Positions 31,393 through 42,395 are shown, counted from the first letter of the stretch. The stretch: 64,000 bases of DNA from Phormidesmis sp. (GCA_965248535.1 CBDFJR010000005.1:1536001-1600000); one strand, 5' to 3'. A program made the numbers and translations. Notes: generated by a model not told the origin, from the sequence alone.

Positions 31393-31928
31393 AATGCTGG
31401 CTGATAGAACGTCAAGGCCGTGTTGCCGTAGTGCTTTTGACGGCAGATTTCTAGACCTGCTACTTCATGCAACTGACCCGGACTGTGTTCGATCGCGACT
31501 TCTCCCGTGGCTGCCAATAGGTGGTGATGCACGATCGCTGCCAGCACAGGCTGATATAACCCACTGGCATAGGGCGGATCGAAATAGATATGGTCAAATT
31601 GCTGACCAGAGAGACTTTCTAAACGTTGCAGCACGTCACCTCTCAAAACTCGATGGGTTTGCTCTGGTTTAGCAACTTGCTGCCAGTTTTGGCGAATCAC
31701 GTCACAAGCACGACTCGATTGCTCAAGTCCAATCACTACAGCCGCGCCGCGACACAGCGCTTCAGCGCCCATCGAGCCACTTCCGGCACAGAGATCTAGC
31801 CATCTGCAATGGGCGATCGTGCCTTGCCAAATATTGAACATCGCTTGCCGCACTCGTGCAGCAGTCGGGCGCGTTTCCTGTCCGGGAAGGGTTTTGATCA
31901 AACGATTGCCATATATTCGCAGACTCAT
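31389..31928 (-). CDS. rsmD: 16S rRNA (guanine966-N2)-methyltransferase
   Basis: [27 protein letters not shown]. Confidence 0.9.
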   Translation of the reverse strand: MSLRIYGNRLIKTLPGQETRPTAARVRQAMFNIWQGTIAHCRWLDLCAGSGSMGAEALCRGAAVVIGLEQSSRACDVIRQNWQQVAKPEQTHRVLRGDVLQRLESLSGQQFDHIYFDPPYASGLYQPVLAAIVHHHLLAATGEVAIEHSPGQLHEVAGLEICRQKHYGNTALTFYQPAF

Positions 31929-32037
31929 AGGAATAGGTGATACGCGGGAAACTCAGTCACTTTAGTGCTGAGAGGAAAGCGGTTGCTTCGCAGTTCCCCG
32001 AAGGGGTAATCGCGTGGTTTTAACCACCGTGTTCTTT

Positions 32038-32449
32038 CTAGTTTGCCCCGTGATGAGGGTCTTCGACATACCTCCTAACCGCTTCACTACTAACATTTCC
32101 TGCTGTGCTGACAAAATAGCTACTAGTCCATAGCGAAGGCATCTTTAACAATTCTGGAAACTCTTTACGCAGAAAGAAGCTAGACCGTCTCTTGAACGCT
32201 TTGACGTCTTACTAGATGAGGCGTATCCGTAGGTTTGACGCTGACAAAAAGGTGAATATGGTCTGGGGCAACTTCTAGAGCGAGAATATCCCATCCTTTC
32301 TCTACCGCTACCTCTGCAAATATTTGACGGGTTCTAGTTGCTATATCCCCTGTTAAAACTTTTCGTCTACGCTTGGGAATCCAGACAAAATGGTAGTTAA
32401 CCAAGTATTTGACGTGATTGTGAGTTTTGTACTCTTCCTGAGTCAGCAT
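32038..32449 (-). pseudogene. tnpA: IS200-type Y1 transposase, frameshifted by an apparent 4-nt insertion at 32206-32209
   Basis: YHFVWIPKRR and DHIHL (HUH); continues out of frame as VKAFKRRSSFFLRKEFPELLKMPSLWTSSYFVSTAG...RYVE to the stop at 32038. Confidence 0.85.
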
Positions 32450-32528
32450 AGTTAATTAGTTGATTTATAGCTTGACATCTACTATGTTAGTTGTTAGAGT
32501 ATGGGAAGTCAACAAAGCAAGCGAATCG

Positions 32529-33044
32529 ATGTCAAAACCTAAGAAATTAATGGGAGTGCAGCAATGCTTGATTAGTGCCGACAAAGAGACTATGGCGGTC
32601 TTAGAGTACCTCTGTTCAGAGTCAAATAAACTCAACAACTGTGCTGTTTACTACGCCCGGCAGATGTATTTCAAAACTAAGAAATATGTCACTGGCTTTG
32701 ATCTGGTTAAAGCTATCGGCTCTAACAAACACTTCTCAGCGCTTCCATCGGATGCAGCCTGTCAGACTTGCCTATCGGTTGGTGAATCGGTTAAATCGTT
32801 TTCTGAGCTTCTAAAGATGTGGTTCAACAGAGAACTTGAGGGAAAACCTAAATTCCCCAATTATCGCAAGTCAGGCTATCAGATAGTTTCGTTCCCTAAG
32901 AGATCTATCAAACTAGTTGACGGGATGATCCGCTTTCCATTGGGGCTGCAAGTTAAAGCTTGGTTCGGTCTGAAAGAATTCTTTCTACCAATGCCGTCAA
33001 ATCTGGATTTCGTAGCCTTGCGAGAAGTTCGCATTCTGCCTAGA
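32529..33044 (+). pseudogene. tnpB: TnpB N-terminal fragment (RuvC and zinc finger lost)
   Basis: LEYLCSESNKLNNCAVYYARQ, KPKFPNYRK, RFPLG..VKAWFG, then EVRILPR where homology stops. Confidence 0.85.
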
Positions 33045-33141
33045 ACCAGCATCATGATGTTAGAACCTCTTCTCAAACTGCCACGACGGTTTCGCGGATC
33101 AGGGCTTTGAATTCTCTGATCGTTAAATTTTTGACCTGCAT
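33045..33141 (-). pseudogene. remnant of a small antitoxin-like gene
   Basis: Hand translation MQVKNLTIREFKALIRETVVAV*EEVL with DAG in a shifted frame, cut at the tnpB junction. Confidence 0.5.
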
Positions 33142-33222
33142 AGCATACACGAGACTCGGTATGAGAGGGACTCAATTCTAAACGGCAAGATCGCGGGCTA
33201 CGATCGCTAGCTACTCAGAAAA

Positions 33223-34527
33223 TCAACCCAGATCATCTAACTCCGCATAATCAGGCAATGTCGTATCGATCGATTTGCCGTGACGTAGAACAATGCGATC
33301 GTGCTGCGATCGTGACAGCAATTCGCTATAGCTGCGAGCTTTAAACAGCACCAGATCGGCAGGCAGTCCGACACCGATTCTGCCGACTTGAGGGAGACCG
33401 ATCAGATCGGCAGGTGTGAGGGTGATAGCGTTAACCCAATCGCTGTAGGGGTGGTCAAGATGAGCAATGCGAACCGAGAGATTAAACACTTCTAGGGCAT
33501 CGTGATCGCCAAACGCAAAGAAGGGATCACGACAATTGTCACTCGCGATCGCGACTGACACGCCCTGCTGCTTTAATTCGTGCAGCAGAGTTACCCCACG
33601 CCATCGGGGAGTGGATCTGGAAAGACGACCCTGTAGATAAAGATTGCACATCGGCAGACTGACCACCCCAACCCCCGCTTTTTTGACGAGACGCATGGTT
33701 TTAACCGCCTCGGCTTTCTCTTGCACGGCCAAACTACAGCAATGTCCGCAGACAATCTGCCCCTTGAATTTGTGGCGAATCGCGGCTTCTGCAACGTGTC
33801 TCAGCGTCATTGAGGCAGGATCGTCAGTTTCGTCAGTGTGGAAGTCTAAATTTAGCTTGCGTTCCTTAGCGAGGGCAAAGACGCGATCGAGTTGAGCGTC
33901 AATATCTGGGTTCTTATAGGCAACGCCACCCAACACGCCGCCAGCCGCCGCTACTAGATCGGCCAGTTTCTCGCCTTCTGGGGTGAGAAAGTAGTCTAAA
34001 GTCACGAGCGAGACGGCTTGAAGAATGAGCTTATCGGCCCAGCGATCGCGCAACTCTTGAAAGACTCGAAAGCCAATTTCGCCCTGCTCACCAAACGAGT
34101 CAAGATGAGTCCGAATGGCTTTTGTACCGTGGGCATAGCTACATTTGAGTCCAAATTCCATCCGACGGTAGACATCGGTCTCGTTCCAATGATTAGCCGC
34201 GTCTGTTTTAACGGCGGTGAGAGCGCTATCAAAGGTGCCATCTGGGTTTGGGGCCCGGTTCCAGATATGTCCTTTGTCGAGATGGGTGTGCATATCCACA
34301 AAACATGCCCACACCAGTCCACCTTTTAAGTCGATCGAGGGATCGCGATAAGTGTCATAGGTGCCAGAGGCGACGATCGTCGCAATCGTGCCATCAATAA
34401 TCTCTAGATCGACGGCTAGCAGAGGCTCGTTAGCAGACTTTTTGCCAGTCCACTTGGTGCCACTGACGATCAGAGAGGGCGGCACATGAGCGTTTTTGAG
34501 CCAGTAGTGATGAGAGTCAAACAGCAT
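33223..34527 (-). CDS. codA: cytosine deaminase family amidohydrolase
   Basis: DMHTHLDK, IRTHLD, DFHTDE, GHCCSL, ASDNCRDPF. Confidence 0.8.
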   Translation of the reverse strand: MLFDSHHYWLKNAHVPPSLIVSGTKWTGKKSANEPLLAVDLEIIDGTIATIVASGTYDTYRDPSIDLKGGLVWACFVDMHTHLDKGHIWNRAPNPDGTFDSALTAVKTDAANHWNETDVYRRMEFGLKCSYAHGTKAIRTHLDSFGEQGEIGFRVFQELRDRWADKLILQAVSLVTLDYFLTPEGEKLADLVAAAGGVLGGVAYKNPDIDAQLDRVFALAKERKLNLDFHTDETDDPASMTLRHVAEAAIRHKFKGQIVCGHCCSLAVQEKAEAVKTMRLVKKAGVGVVSLPMCNLYLQGRLSRSTPRWRGVTLLHELKQQGVSVAIASDNCRDPFFAFGDHDALEVFNLSVRIAHLDHPYSDWVNAITLTPADLIGLPQVGRIGVGLPADLVLFKARSYSELLSRSQHDRIVLRHGKSIDTTLPDYAELDDLG

Positions 34528-34563
34528 AGGAGCCAGTCGCGATCGCAGGTCACTCTTAAGGTA

Positions 34564-35184
34564 TCAGCAATGCTCTGGATCGGTCAGGGCACTCGATTCA
34601 CGGAGGGGTGCGAGATGTTTGTGCAAAAAGAGTCGTCTAGGCTGACCCAGCAACCAGGTCGTCAAACCCGCATCGGTGGCTTGCAGCCGATAGCCACTTT
34701 TTGCATAAAGCTGCTTTGCCGAGTGGTTATTCTCCAGCACATGCAGATAAATATCTGCCAGCCCCCACGATAAAACGACGCGATCGCAGTCCTCCAACAG
34801 TTGCAGCGCGGCTCCTTTGCGCCGACACTCTAATTTGACCGCAAGATTGGATAGATAGGCATATTGACTCGTGCGCGGCTGCCAGGGATTGAACGATCGC
34901 AGCCCCACTTCCACAGTGCCCACCAGGGTTTCTTGATCAAGGGCAACCAAGCAGCGATAGTTAGGCGGAGCCGAATTTAATCGATTTCGCAGATCTTCAT
35001 AGATCCCCATCCTCATGATTGGGATCAGCCAGCGCATAAACTCTGGTTGCAGGTGAAAACTTGCCGCCAAGATTCCAGCAATTTCAGACAAGTCTTGCTG
35101 CTCGACAGGACGAATCAGAAAGTGAGGAGACCGGGATGACTGCCCTGAAGGGTCTTTTTCGCGAGGTGAAGAAGGAGTGTTCAC
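34564..35184 (-). CDS. GNAT family N-acetyltransferase
   Basis: YLSNLAV..ECRRKG, YLHVLENN..A..LY.K.GY; GTG start at 35184 assumed. Confidence 0.85.
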   Translation of the reverse strand: MNTPSSPREKDPSGQSSRSPHFLIRPVEQQDLSEIAGILAASFHLQPEFMRWLIPIMRMGIYEDLRNRLNSAPPNYRCLVALDQETLVGTVEVGLRSFNPWQPRTSQYAYLSNLAVKLECRRKGAALQLLEDCDRVVLSWGLADIYLHVLENNHSAKQLYAKSGYRLQATDAGLTTWLLGQPRRLFLHKHLAPLRESSALTDPEHC

Positions 35185-35326
35185 AACCAACTGAATAGGC
35201 AATACAGACCATCCTAGAGTTGAGCGGCCCAATCTGCCGCAACCAAGAATGGGTTTTTTTGACATAAAAATACCTGCCTAGCCAAAGGTCAAGCGCTAGA
35301 CAGGTGATGGCCCAAAATAGTTGGGT

Positions 35327-35422
35327 CTATTTGCCAATCCGAGGCGGTTCGCGGAAGGCGATCGCAAAAAACAGCACCCCGATCGCGAGAGCAAGAATCA
35401 AAATGTAAGCAACGCTTTCCAT
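35327..35422 (-). CDS. psbT: photosystem II reaction centre protein T
   Basis: Hand translation [31 protein letters not shown], downstream of psbB; below the ORF-track size cutoff. Confidence 0.95.
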   Translation of the reverse strand: MESVAYILILALAIGVLFFAIAFREPPRIGK

Positions 35423-35521
35423 GTCTGCATGTCCTGAGTGATGAGTAATCTCAAACCATCAAGCAGCCGGGAAAGTATAGCCGTTCACTGATGTAGAAGC
35501 GGTTAGACTTTCCCAACTACC

Positions 35522-37054
35522 CTATGACTGAGTTTGTTTGCGGGTGCTCTTGTCACCCAACTTCTGGAAGAAGCCCCACTCGACCTGCTCTTCTGCCAAA
35601 TCTGGGTCAACCCCTGCAAACACATCTCGGAAGATGGTGCGAGAGCCGTGCCAGATATGACCAAAGAAGAACAGCAGAGCAAAGACCGCGTGACCAAAGG
35701 TAAACCAACCTCTAGGACTGGTACGGAACACCCCGTCAGAGTTGAGCGTTTCACGATCGAACTCAAAGGGTTCACCCAATTGAGCCGCCCGCGCATAGCG
35801 CTTCACCTGAGCCGGGTCAGTGATCGTTTGACCCCCCAACACACCGCCATAGAAGGTCGCCGTGACACCCGCTTGTTCAAAGCTGTATCTCGATTCAGCC
35901 TTTCTAAACGGAATGTCTGCCCGGATTACCCCATCGGCATCGGTCAAGACCACCGGGAAGTTTTCAAAGAAGTTAGGCAAACGACGAACGGAGAGTTCTC
36001 TGCCGTCACTGTCTTTAAACACGGGATGCCCTAACCAGGCTTGGGCAATTCCATCACCTTTATCCATCTGACCTGTGCGGAACAAACCACCCTTGGCAGG
36101 GCTGTTGCCCACATAGTCATAGAACGCCAGTTTTTCAGGAATCTCTGACCAAGCTGCCTCAGGACTGGTGCCATTGGCAATGCTGGTCTGAACGCGACGA
36201 TTGATCTCTTGCTTAAAGTAGCCCGCATCCCACTGATAGCGAGTGGGGCCAAATAGCTCGATCGGGGTCGTTGCGTTGCCATACCACATGGTGCCCGCGA
36301 CGATAAACGCCGCAAAAAACACCGCCGCGATACTGCTGGCTAGCACCGTTTCAATGTTGCCCATCCGCAGCGCCTTATAAAGTCGCTCAGGAGGACGAAC
36401 ACTCAAGTGAAATAGACCTGCAATAATGCCCACGATGCCCGCCGCAATGTGGTGAGCCACAATTCCACCCGGATTAAACGGGTTGAACCCAGCCGGGCCC
36501 CATTCGGGCGCAACGGGTTGAACGCTGCCCGTGATCCCATAGGCATCAGACACCCACATCCCCGGCCCAAATAGCCCGGTGAGATGGAAGGCACCAAAGC
36601 CAAAACAAAGTAATCCAGATAAGAACAGGTGAATGCCGAACATTTTCGGCAAGTCTAGAGCAGGTTCGCCTGTGCGAGGGTCTCTAAACAGTTCTAAATC
36701 CCAATAGACCCAGTGCCAGCAGGCCGCTAAAAACAGCAAACCAGACAAGACGATGTGGGCGATCGCTACGCCCTCAAATGACCAGAAACCAGGATCGACT
36801 CCTGATTCACCCGTGATGCTCCAACCTGCCCACGATGAAGACACGCCCAAGCGCGTCATGAAGGGCAGCACGAACATGCCTTGCCGCCACATCGGATTTA
36901 AAATTGGATCGCTGGGGTCAAAGATCGCCAATTCATACAGCGCCATTGAACCCGCCCAACCTGCAACTAAGGCAGTGTGCATGAGGTGGGTTGCGATTAA
37001 CCGCCCTGGATCGTTCACCAAGACGGTATGGACTCTATACCAGGGTAGTCCCAT
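35522..37054 (-). CDS. psbB: photosystem II CP47 reaction centre protein
   Basis: [36 protein letters not shown]. Confidence 0.99.
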   Translation of the reverse strand: MGLPWYRVHTVLVNDPGRLIATHLMHTALVAGWAGSMALYELAIFDPSDPILNPMWRQGMFVLPFMTRLGVSSSWAGWSITGESGVDPGFWSFEGVAIAHIVLSGLLFLAACWHWVYWDLELFRDPRTGEPALDLPKMFGIHLFLSGLLCFGFGAFHLTGLFGPGMWVSDAYGITGSVQPVAPEWGPAGFNPFNPGGIVAHHIAAGIVGIIAGLFHLSVRPPERLYKALRMGNIETVLASSIAAVFFAAFIVAGTMWYGNATTPIELFGPTRYQWDAGYFKQEINRRVQTSIANGTSPEAAWSEIPEKLAFYDYVGNSPAKGGLFRTGQMDKGDGIAQAWLGHPVFKDSDGRELSVRRLPNFFENFPVVLTDADGVIRADIPFRKAESRYSFEQAGVTATFYGGVLGGQTITDPAQVKRYARAAQLGEPFEFDRETLNSDGVFRTSPRGWFTFGHAVFALLFFFGHIWHGSRTIFRDVFAGVDPDLAEEQVEWGFFQKLGDKSTRKQTQS

Positions 37055-37421
37055 TGACTACGCTCCTCCTAATAAATTACGTCTACTGCAACGCTCTTTT
37101 CAGCATTTTGTTAAAGTGCCATGTACTGGTAAATTTACCAGATTAGAGGCGACTTATCACTTTGCAATCACGCCCCGCAACCCCTCAAAAGAAGAGCGTG
37201 GATAGTTTGACAACGCCACTGTAAAAATGAAAGTGTATAACGAAGTGTAACCAGTGTTAGAGCCTATTGCAAGCAAATTCCAGATACCTGAGAAGGGCTT
37301 CAAGACTCAAGCTAAAAATGTTAATAATTCTTAATTTATTAATAGATTAAGTTACAAATTACAAGGGGCGGTTTTTCGAGTAAATCAGCCAGTAGAAAAT
37401 TCAGTTAGGAGCGTAGAAGCC

Positions 37422-37835
37422 ATGCAGCCAGCAGATACCAATGTCCAGTCACCCGAAAATGCCCAGCCGATCGTCGATTATCAAACTCCAACCGTTGAGC
37501 CACAAACCGTGAGCGAACCGATCAAGTCACGGTTTCAATCAGCCAGCATCACATTTGTTAAAGAAGGTAAAGAAGCGATCGTGGCTGATGGGTCAAATCT
37601 AAGAATCAAAGCCATAGAGAACGGGGTTGACCTCTACACCTTCGGCGGAAAAATGATGAACTGCGGCGGCTATGGTCAATGTGGCACCTGCATCGTAGAG
37701 ATTGTAGAGGGGACAGACAACCTCTCACCCCGCACCGATTTTGAAATCCGCAAACTTAAAAAGAAGCCCGCCAGTTATCGGCTTGCTTGCCAAGCCTTAG
37801 TCCACGGTTCTGTCAGCGTTAAAACCAAACCTTAG
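37422..37835 (+). CDS. 2Fe-2S ferredoxin-like protein
   Basis: [11 protein letters not shown]...RLACQ; AGGAG RBS; upstream of psbM. Confidence 0.9.
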   Translation: MQPADTNVQSPENAQPIVDYQTPTVEPQTVSEPIKSRFQSASITFVKEGKEAIVADGSNLRIKAIENGVDLYTFGGKMMNCGGYGQCGTCIVEIVEGTDNLSPRTDFEIRKLKKKPASYRLACQALVHGSVSVKTKP

Positions 37836-37885
37836 TGGTATTCTAAAGAGTGTTAATGCCGAGATTGAGATAGGACCTGGGCTTT

Positions 37886-37996
37886 ATGCAAGTTAATGAT
37901 TTAGGGTTTATTGCCAGCCTTCTGTTTGTGCTGGTTCCTAGCGTATTTTTGCTGATTCTTTATATCCAAACCGCTAGCCGTCAGTCGGGTAAATAA
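37886..37996 (+). CDS. psbM: photosystem II reaction centre protein M
   Basis: Hand translation [36 protein letters not shown]. Confidence 0.95.
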   Translation: MQVNDLGFIASLLFVLVPSVFLLILYIQTASRQSGK

Positions 37997-38023
37997 CAGC
38001 AAGTTTCCACGGGTTATGTTCAT

Positions 38024-38065
38024 ATTAAGGAAGGCACAGGACAATTGTTCTGTGCCTTCCTTAAT
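38024..38065. terminator. bidirectional terminator
   Basis: Perfect 16-bp stem ATTAAGGAAGGCACAG/CTGTGCCTTCCTTAAT between convergent genes. Confidence 0.8.
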
Positions 38066-38094
38066 TTATGAGAACGTAGACTATTTATTACGAT

Positions 38095-38445
38095 TTATGA
38101 AGCTGTAGACTCAGAATTTGCTTCGGAAACCGTAGCACTAGAATCATCATCAGCCGGATCTGGACATAAATTAACGAGAAAAGATTGCAGCCCCATTCGT
38201 CGAATATAGGGCCAGCCACCCTTCGCTTCGATGTCTCTCAAGAGCGCATAAAGTGCCTGTCGATTGTCTGGCAAAGACTCTTGAAAAGGCCCTTCACAAA
38301 CTTCTCGGTGCAAGCTTTCTAACAGTCTAAGCAAAGCCAGCAACGCTATGCTGTTGCCTTTTGAGACTTCAGCCAGCTTTTGAATCGATTGGGAAATCTC
38401 CTCAAACTCAGGCGACTTTAACTCAAAACTCACATCACTGTTCAT
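38095..38445 (-). CDS. conserved cyanobacterial hypothetical protein
   Basis: LLALLRLLESLHREV...FQESLPDNRQALY.LLRDIE..GGWPYI.RM. Confidence 0.8.
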   Translation of the reverse strand: MNSDVSFELKSPEFEEISQSIQKLAEVSKGNSIALLALLRLLESLHREVCEGPFQESLPDNRQALYALLRDIEAKGGWPYIRRMGLQSFLVNLCPDPADDDSSATVSEANSESTAS

Positions 38446-38809
38446 CCCAATCTCATCCCTCGGAACTCCACACCGTCGCGTGGTTAAGCATCCTATTCTT
38501 AACAGCTTAATCAGGGGATGTCATTTCAGTTGCGCGATCGCACATCCAATCAATTTAAATACATTAATTCTCTTGACTGAATTAAGACCTATCCCTTAGA
38601 GGATTCTTAAAAAGTTAACTAAAGTCTGTAAAATACTCTGAGAGGTTCCGCCCGAACCCCTTCAGAAATTATAGAAATTTCGATTTGACCTGGCAGCAGT
38701 TCAGCGCGTCTCCTCGACTACTGTGGCAGTAAGCTTCCAAAGCCGCCTTCCATATTAGTCAGATTGGGGTGCGCTGGCAGGGTTTTTTACATTGACTTTG
38801 AGGTTGACC

Positions 38810-39637
38810 ATGAGGTATCGCGCTTTAATCGTCACACTTTTGGCACTATGCATGAGTGTGTTAACCGCTTGCAGTGAGGCTCCCGCCAGCAGCACTGAAG
38901 CACTGACCTACGACCAAATTCGAGGCACTGGTTTAGCGAACAGTTGCCCTCAACTTGAGGAAACGTCTCGTGGCGTTATTCCGATCGAGAGCGGCAAATC
39001 CTACTCCATCAACAGCCTTTGCTTGCAGCCCACGGCCTTCTTTGTTAAAGAAGAGCCGACTAACAAACGCAAGGAAGCTGAGTTTGTGCCCACCAAGCTC
39101 ATGACTCGCTATACGTCTTCGATCGATGCCGTTTCGGGTGCGCTGACTGCAAACGCAGATGGCAGCCTGACCTTCAAAGAAGAAGACGGCATTGACTTTC
39201 AAGCCACCACCGTCCAGCTTCCCGGTGGCGAACGGGTACCTTTCCTGTTCACTGTTAAGGGGCTTGTCGCCAACAGCCAACCAGGGCAGAGCAGCGTTAG
39301 CACCTCGACTGATCTAGTCGGCGAATTTCGCGTTCCGTCCTACCGGACTTCTAACTTCTTAGATCCCAAAGGTCGGGGTCTAACTACAGGTTATGACAAC
39401 GCAGTGGCTCTGCCAGGTCAGGCAGACAGTGAAGAACTGCGAAAGGAAAATGTTAAGCAGTTCCAATTAGACAAGGGCAAAATTGCTCTCAGCGTTGCCA
39501 AAATTGACAGCACGACGGGCGAAATTGCAGGAACTTTTGAGAGCTTACAGCCCTCTGACACAGATATGGGTTCCCGCGAACCGAGTGAGGTCAAGATCCG
39601 TGGGCTTTTTTATGCACGGGTCACCCCTACCGCATGA
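38810..39637 (+). CDS. psbO: photosystem II manganese-stabilising protein
   Basis: MRYRALI..LTAC, TYDQIRGTGLAN.CP, EEDGIDF, FLDPKGRG, QPSDTDMG. Confidence 0.98.
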   Translation: MRYRALIVTLLALCMSVLTACSEAPASSTEALTYDQIRGTGLANSCPQLEETSRGVIPIESGKSYSINSLCLQPTAFFVKEEPTNKRKEAEFVPTKLMTRYTSSIDAVSGALTANADGSLTFKEEDGIDFQATTVQLPGGERVPFLFTVKGLVANSQPGQSSVSTSTDLVGEFRVPSYRTSNFLDPKGRGLTTGYDNAVALPGQADSEELRKENVKQFQLDKGKIALSVAKIDSTTGEIAGTFESLQPSDTDMGSREPSEVKIRGLFYARVTPTA

Positions 39638-39711
39638 CGATAATGGGTCAGTTTTATAAAGCTTCTATGAAGTTCACGAGCCTGACCCACCGTTAAAGAT
39701 CACTCATTTCG

Positions 39712-39732
39712 AGGGGCATTAGCCCCTTTTTT
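39712..39732 (+). terminator. psbO terminator
   Basis: AGGGGC-ATTA-GCCCCT followed by a T-run. Confidence 0.65.
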
Positions 39733-40111
39733 AGTGCAAACACGGTTTATAGGGAACTCTCTAGGCGTTAAAAAACAACTCCGTGCCTAAAAAGAAAATT
39801 CCCCTCCCAATGAGCAGGGTTATCGGCTAGTCAAAAACCTAGGTTCAGTGAAAATGCTCTAGTAAGTAATTGGGCGCAACGAATAGGTTTAATTCAGCAC
39901 ATCGGAAAATGCGTATCAGGAAATCAGTCGGACACGATCGTCGGTCAAAAAGCTTTTAAAGGTTGACGACTCTACGGAGTTAGATCTTTTCAACGCTTCT
40001 GAATTCCTGTAGCCTTCTGAAGGTGGCGTTAACCCTGACAGCAGTTCTAACAAAATCATTAGAACCAAGTCCGGCGCATTTATTGACCCGCTCTACCAAC
40101 TGAACTTCGTC

Positions 40112-40887
40112 ATGTCAACTCTCATCGCCAATGAACTGAGGAGCGAAAGCTTGCAACTCTTGCGGGAATATCAGAAGTCTCCTTCTTCACAAACCCGCAA
40201 TCAGCTTGTCGAGCTAAATTTTGGACTGGTCAGAAAAGAGGCTCATCACTGGATTAATCAATGCACCGAAAGTTATGAAGATTTGCTGCAAGTCGGCTGC
40301 ATTGGCTTGATTCGGTCGATCGAGCGATTTGATATGTCTAAAGGTCATGCCTTTAGCTCATTTGCGATTCCCTATATTCGAGGCGAGATCCAGCATTATC
40401 TACGCGACAAAAGCCCCTCCCTGAGGATTCCGCGACGCTGGCAAGCGCTTCAGCGTCAATCGGTTTGGGTGACTCGCGATCTGCAAGCGACCCTGCACCG
40501 CAACCCAACTGATGCAGAAGTCGCTGCCGTCTTAGAAATCTCTCTCAACGAGTGGCAAGAAATAAAAGTAGCCTGTCAAAATCGGGCGCTTCTAAGTTTA
40601 GACGCGCCGCTTAGAGACGAAGATAACGGCAACGCTACGATCGGGGATCTAGTGCCCGACAACCAATATCGCAGCTTTCAACTGGCTCAAGAAGATCAAA
40701 TTCGTTTACAGCAGGCTTTGGTTCAGTTAGAAATCCGAACTCGACAAGTTTTAGAGTTTGTTTTTTGCACGATTTGACTCAAAAAGAAACGGCGGAACGT
40801 ATGGGCATCAGTGCTGTCACCGTCTCGCGTCGTGTGAAAAAAGGCTTGGAATCCCTGCAAAAATTGATGATTGCGATCGAAGACTAA
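40112..40887 (+). CDS. sigF: group 3 RNA polymerase sigma factor SigF; one T missing from the run at 40761-40766
   Basis: RNQLVELNFGLVRKEAH.W..QC.ESYEDLLQVG, FSSFAIPYIRGEIQHYLRDK; adding one T restores EFVFLHDLTQKETAERMGISAVTVSRRVKKG to the stop at 40887. Confidence 0.9.
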
Positions 40888-41119
40888 CGAGTATTTCAGC
40901 CGCCGTCGCTGCTATTTTTCTGAGCAGGCAGTTTAATTTGTGCAAAATAAAGTCTATCGATCGCCAAAAGTTTAGGGCATACTAGGGATATTCAAAGTTC
41001 CTGTGATTAACGTCAAATTAAGAATCTTGCAGAAGTGCAAACTATTTGTATGTAGGCTCGATTTAATCGTTAACCAGCCGGGCTAGAAACATCTGGTGTG
41101 AAATTTTTGAGGAGAGGAC

Positions 41120-41923
41120 ATGCAGAAGAAGTCTTTGATTGCCTGGGTAGGAGCATTTTCTGTGTTAGTCGGCGGTTGCGCCTCAGAGCAATCGAGCAAT
41201 CCTCCTACAAGTCCTTCTCCAGTGGCGGCACAGCCTTTCTCAAAGCCTCTGGTGTCTGAAAAGGCGGGTGATAAAAAAGCTAATCTATCGACCACTCGCA
41301 TCCCAGGGTTGGTGCAATCGACTGACCCTGATGAGCGGGTTCGTCAGGTTCAAGCGGGGATCAATGTCAAAAAAAGCCAGAACGACCCCTTTGCCAGCCT
41401 GGCTCCGCTGATCACGTTTAAAACCCCTGCCGGAAATTCTGGCACCCCTGGAACAACGGGAGGAAATGCCCCATCCAGTTCGGGTCCAGGAGAGCGAACC
41501 CCAAGTTTGCCTCAGCTTCCAAGCTTTCCTCAAGTTCCTCAATCTATCTCTCGCAGACCGACTTCTCGACCGTCTACGCCCTCTGTTGCGTTTAACCCCT
41601 CTACGCCAACCATTACCGCTCTGCCGCCGCTCCCAGAGCCGACCCTGGCTAGAGCCGTAGAAGTCTCAGGGGTGGTGGTAGTTGGGGGGGTTGCTGAAGC
41701 GATCGTGAAGGCCCCCAATGAGGCCACAAGCCGCTATGTCAGAGCAGGTCAACGTCTCTCAAACGGACAGATTTTGGTCAAGCGGATTGAGGTCAACGGT
41801 GGCTCTGACCCGATCGTGATTTTAGAACAAAACGGTGTCGAGGTGTCGAGAGCCGTTGGCGACAAACCATCGGCGGCTGGCTCACCCACCGCGATCGCGC
41901 CGACCTTTGAGTTTAGAGTTTAA
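41120..41923 (+). CDS. Pro/Ser-rich lipoprotein with a C-terminal beta domain (PilP/GspC-HR-like by inference)
   Basis: Lipobox VGGC, NDPF motif, low-complexity linker, VSGVV..G...AIVKAPNE..SRYVRAGQRL.NG.ILVKRIE. Confidence 0.7.
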   Translation: MQKKSLIAWVGAFSVLVGGCASEQSSNPPTSPSPVAAQPFSKPLVSEKAGDKKANLSTTRIPGLVQSTDPDERVRQVQAGINVKKSQNDPFASLAPLITFKTPAGNSGTPGTTGGNAPSSSGPGERTPSLPQLPSFPQVPQSISRRPTSRPSTPSVAFNPSTPTITALPPLPEPTLARAVEVSGVVVVGGVAEAIVKAPNEATSRYVRAGQRLSNGQILVKRIEVNGGSDPIVILEQNGVEVSRAVGDKPSAAGSPTAIAPTFEFRV

Positions 41924-42023
41924 GAGATGGGCATTGTTGCACACCCCGGCGATCAAGTCATTCAAAAAAATGTAGCCCGTTTGCACAAGCTACATGACAT
42001 TGAGACTATAGAAGTTTGGTAGA

Positions 42024-42395
42024 TTAGCCGATCGTGACCTGATCAACCTCGACCGCCGATGCACCATTGACGCTATTGGCAATCTCAATTAGCTTGTTGA
42101 CAATCTCTTGACTGGGTGCTTCCCCTTTGAGGACAACCGTGCTGCCCGTTTGAGCTACATAAACATGCTCTAGGTCAGCCACTTGAGGATCTTGATCAAA
42201 TGCCAAGGCGACTCGTTTTGCCAGTCCGCTTTGGTCATATTCGCCGTTCAAGCCCACTCTTTCAGGCGCGATCGCTTCAACGGTCGGGGCATCGGCAGAA
42301 GCATCCATTGGGGCTTGAGCCACTGGTTGCCCACTAATGGCCTGCTGAGGATCTTGGGGTTTTTCTTGCCCAAACAGTCTTTGTAGCCAACCCAT
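42024..42395 (-). CDS. BON domain protein
   Basis: GEYDQSGLAKRVA.AFDQD, VYVAQTGSTVVLKG, A.SVNGA. Confidence 0.85.
   Translation of the reverse strand: MGWLQRLFGQEKPQDPQQAISGQPVAQAPMDASADAPTVEAIAPERVGLNGEYDQSGLAKRVALAFDQDPQVADLEHVYVAQTGSTVVLKGEAPSQEIVNKLIEIANSVNGASAVEVDQVTIG

Larger units (their letters stand above)
31940..33044. mobile_element. decayed IS200/IS605-family element (divergent tnpA and tnpB)
   Basis: Subterminal hairpin CTCAGtCACT..AGTGCTGAG near 31953-31973, frameshifted tnpA, 3'-truncated tnpB; no right end seen. Confidence 0.85.

Noticed and set aside
32460..33110. Functional TnpB RNA-guided nuclease
   Set aside because: It is truncated before the RuvC and zinc-finger motifs, and no right end remains.
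37234..37251. HLR1/RpaB site upstream of psbB (GTTACACT-TC-GTTATACA on -)
   Set aside because: The match is imperfect and equally explained by a TACACT -10 element; it cannot be resolved from sequence alone.
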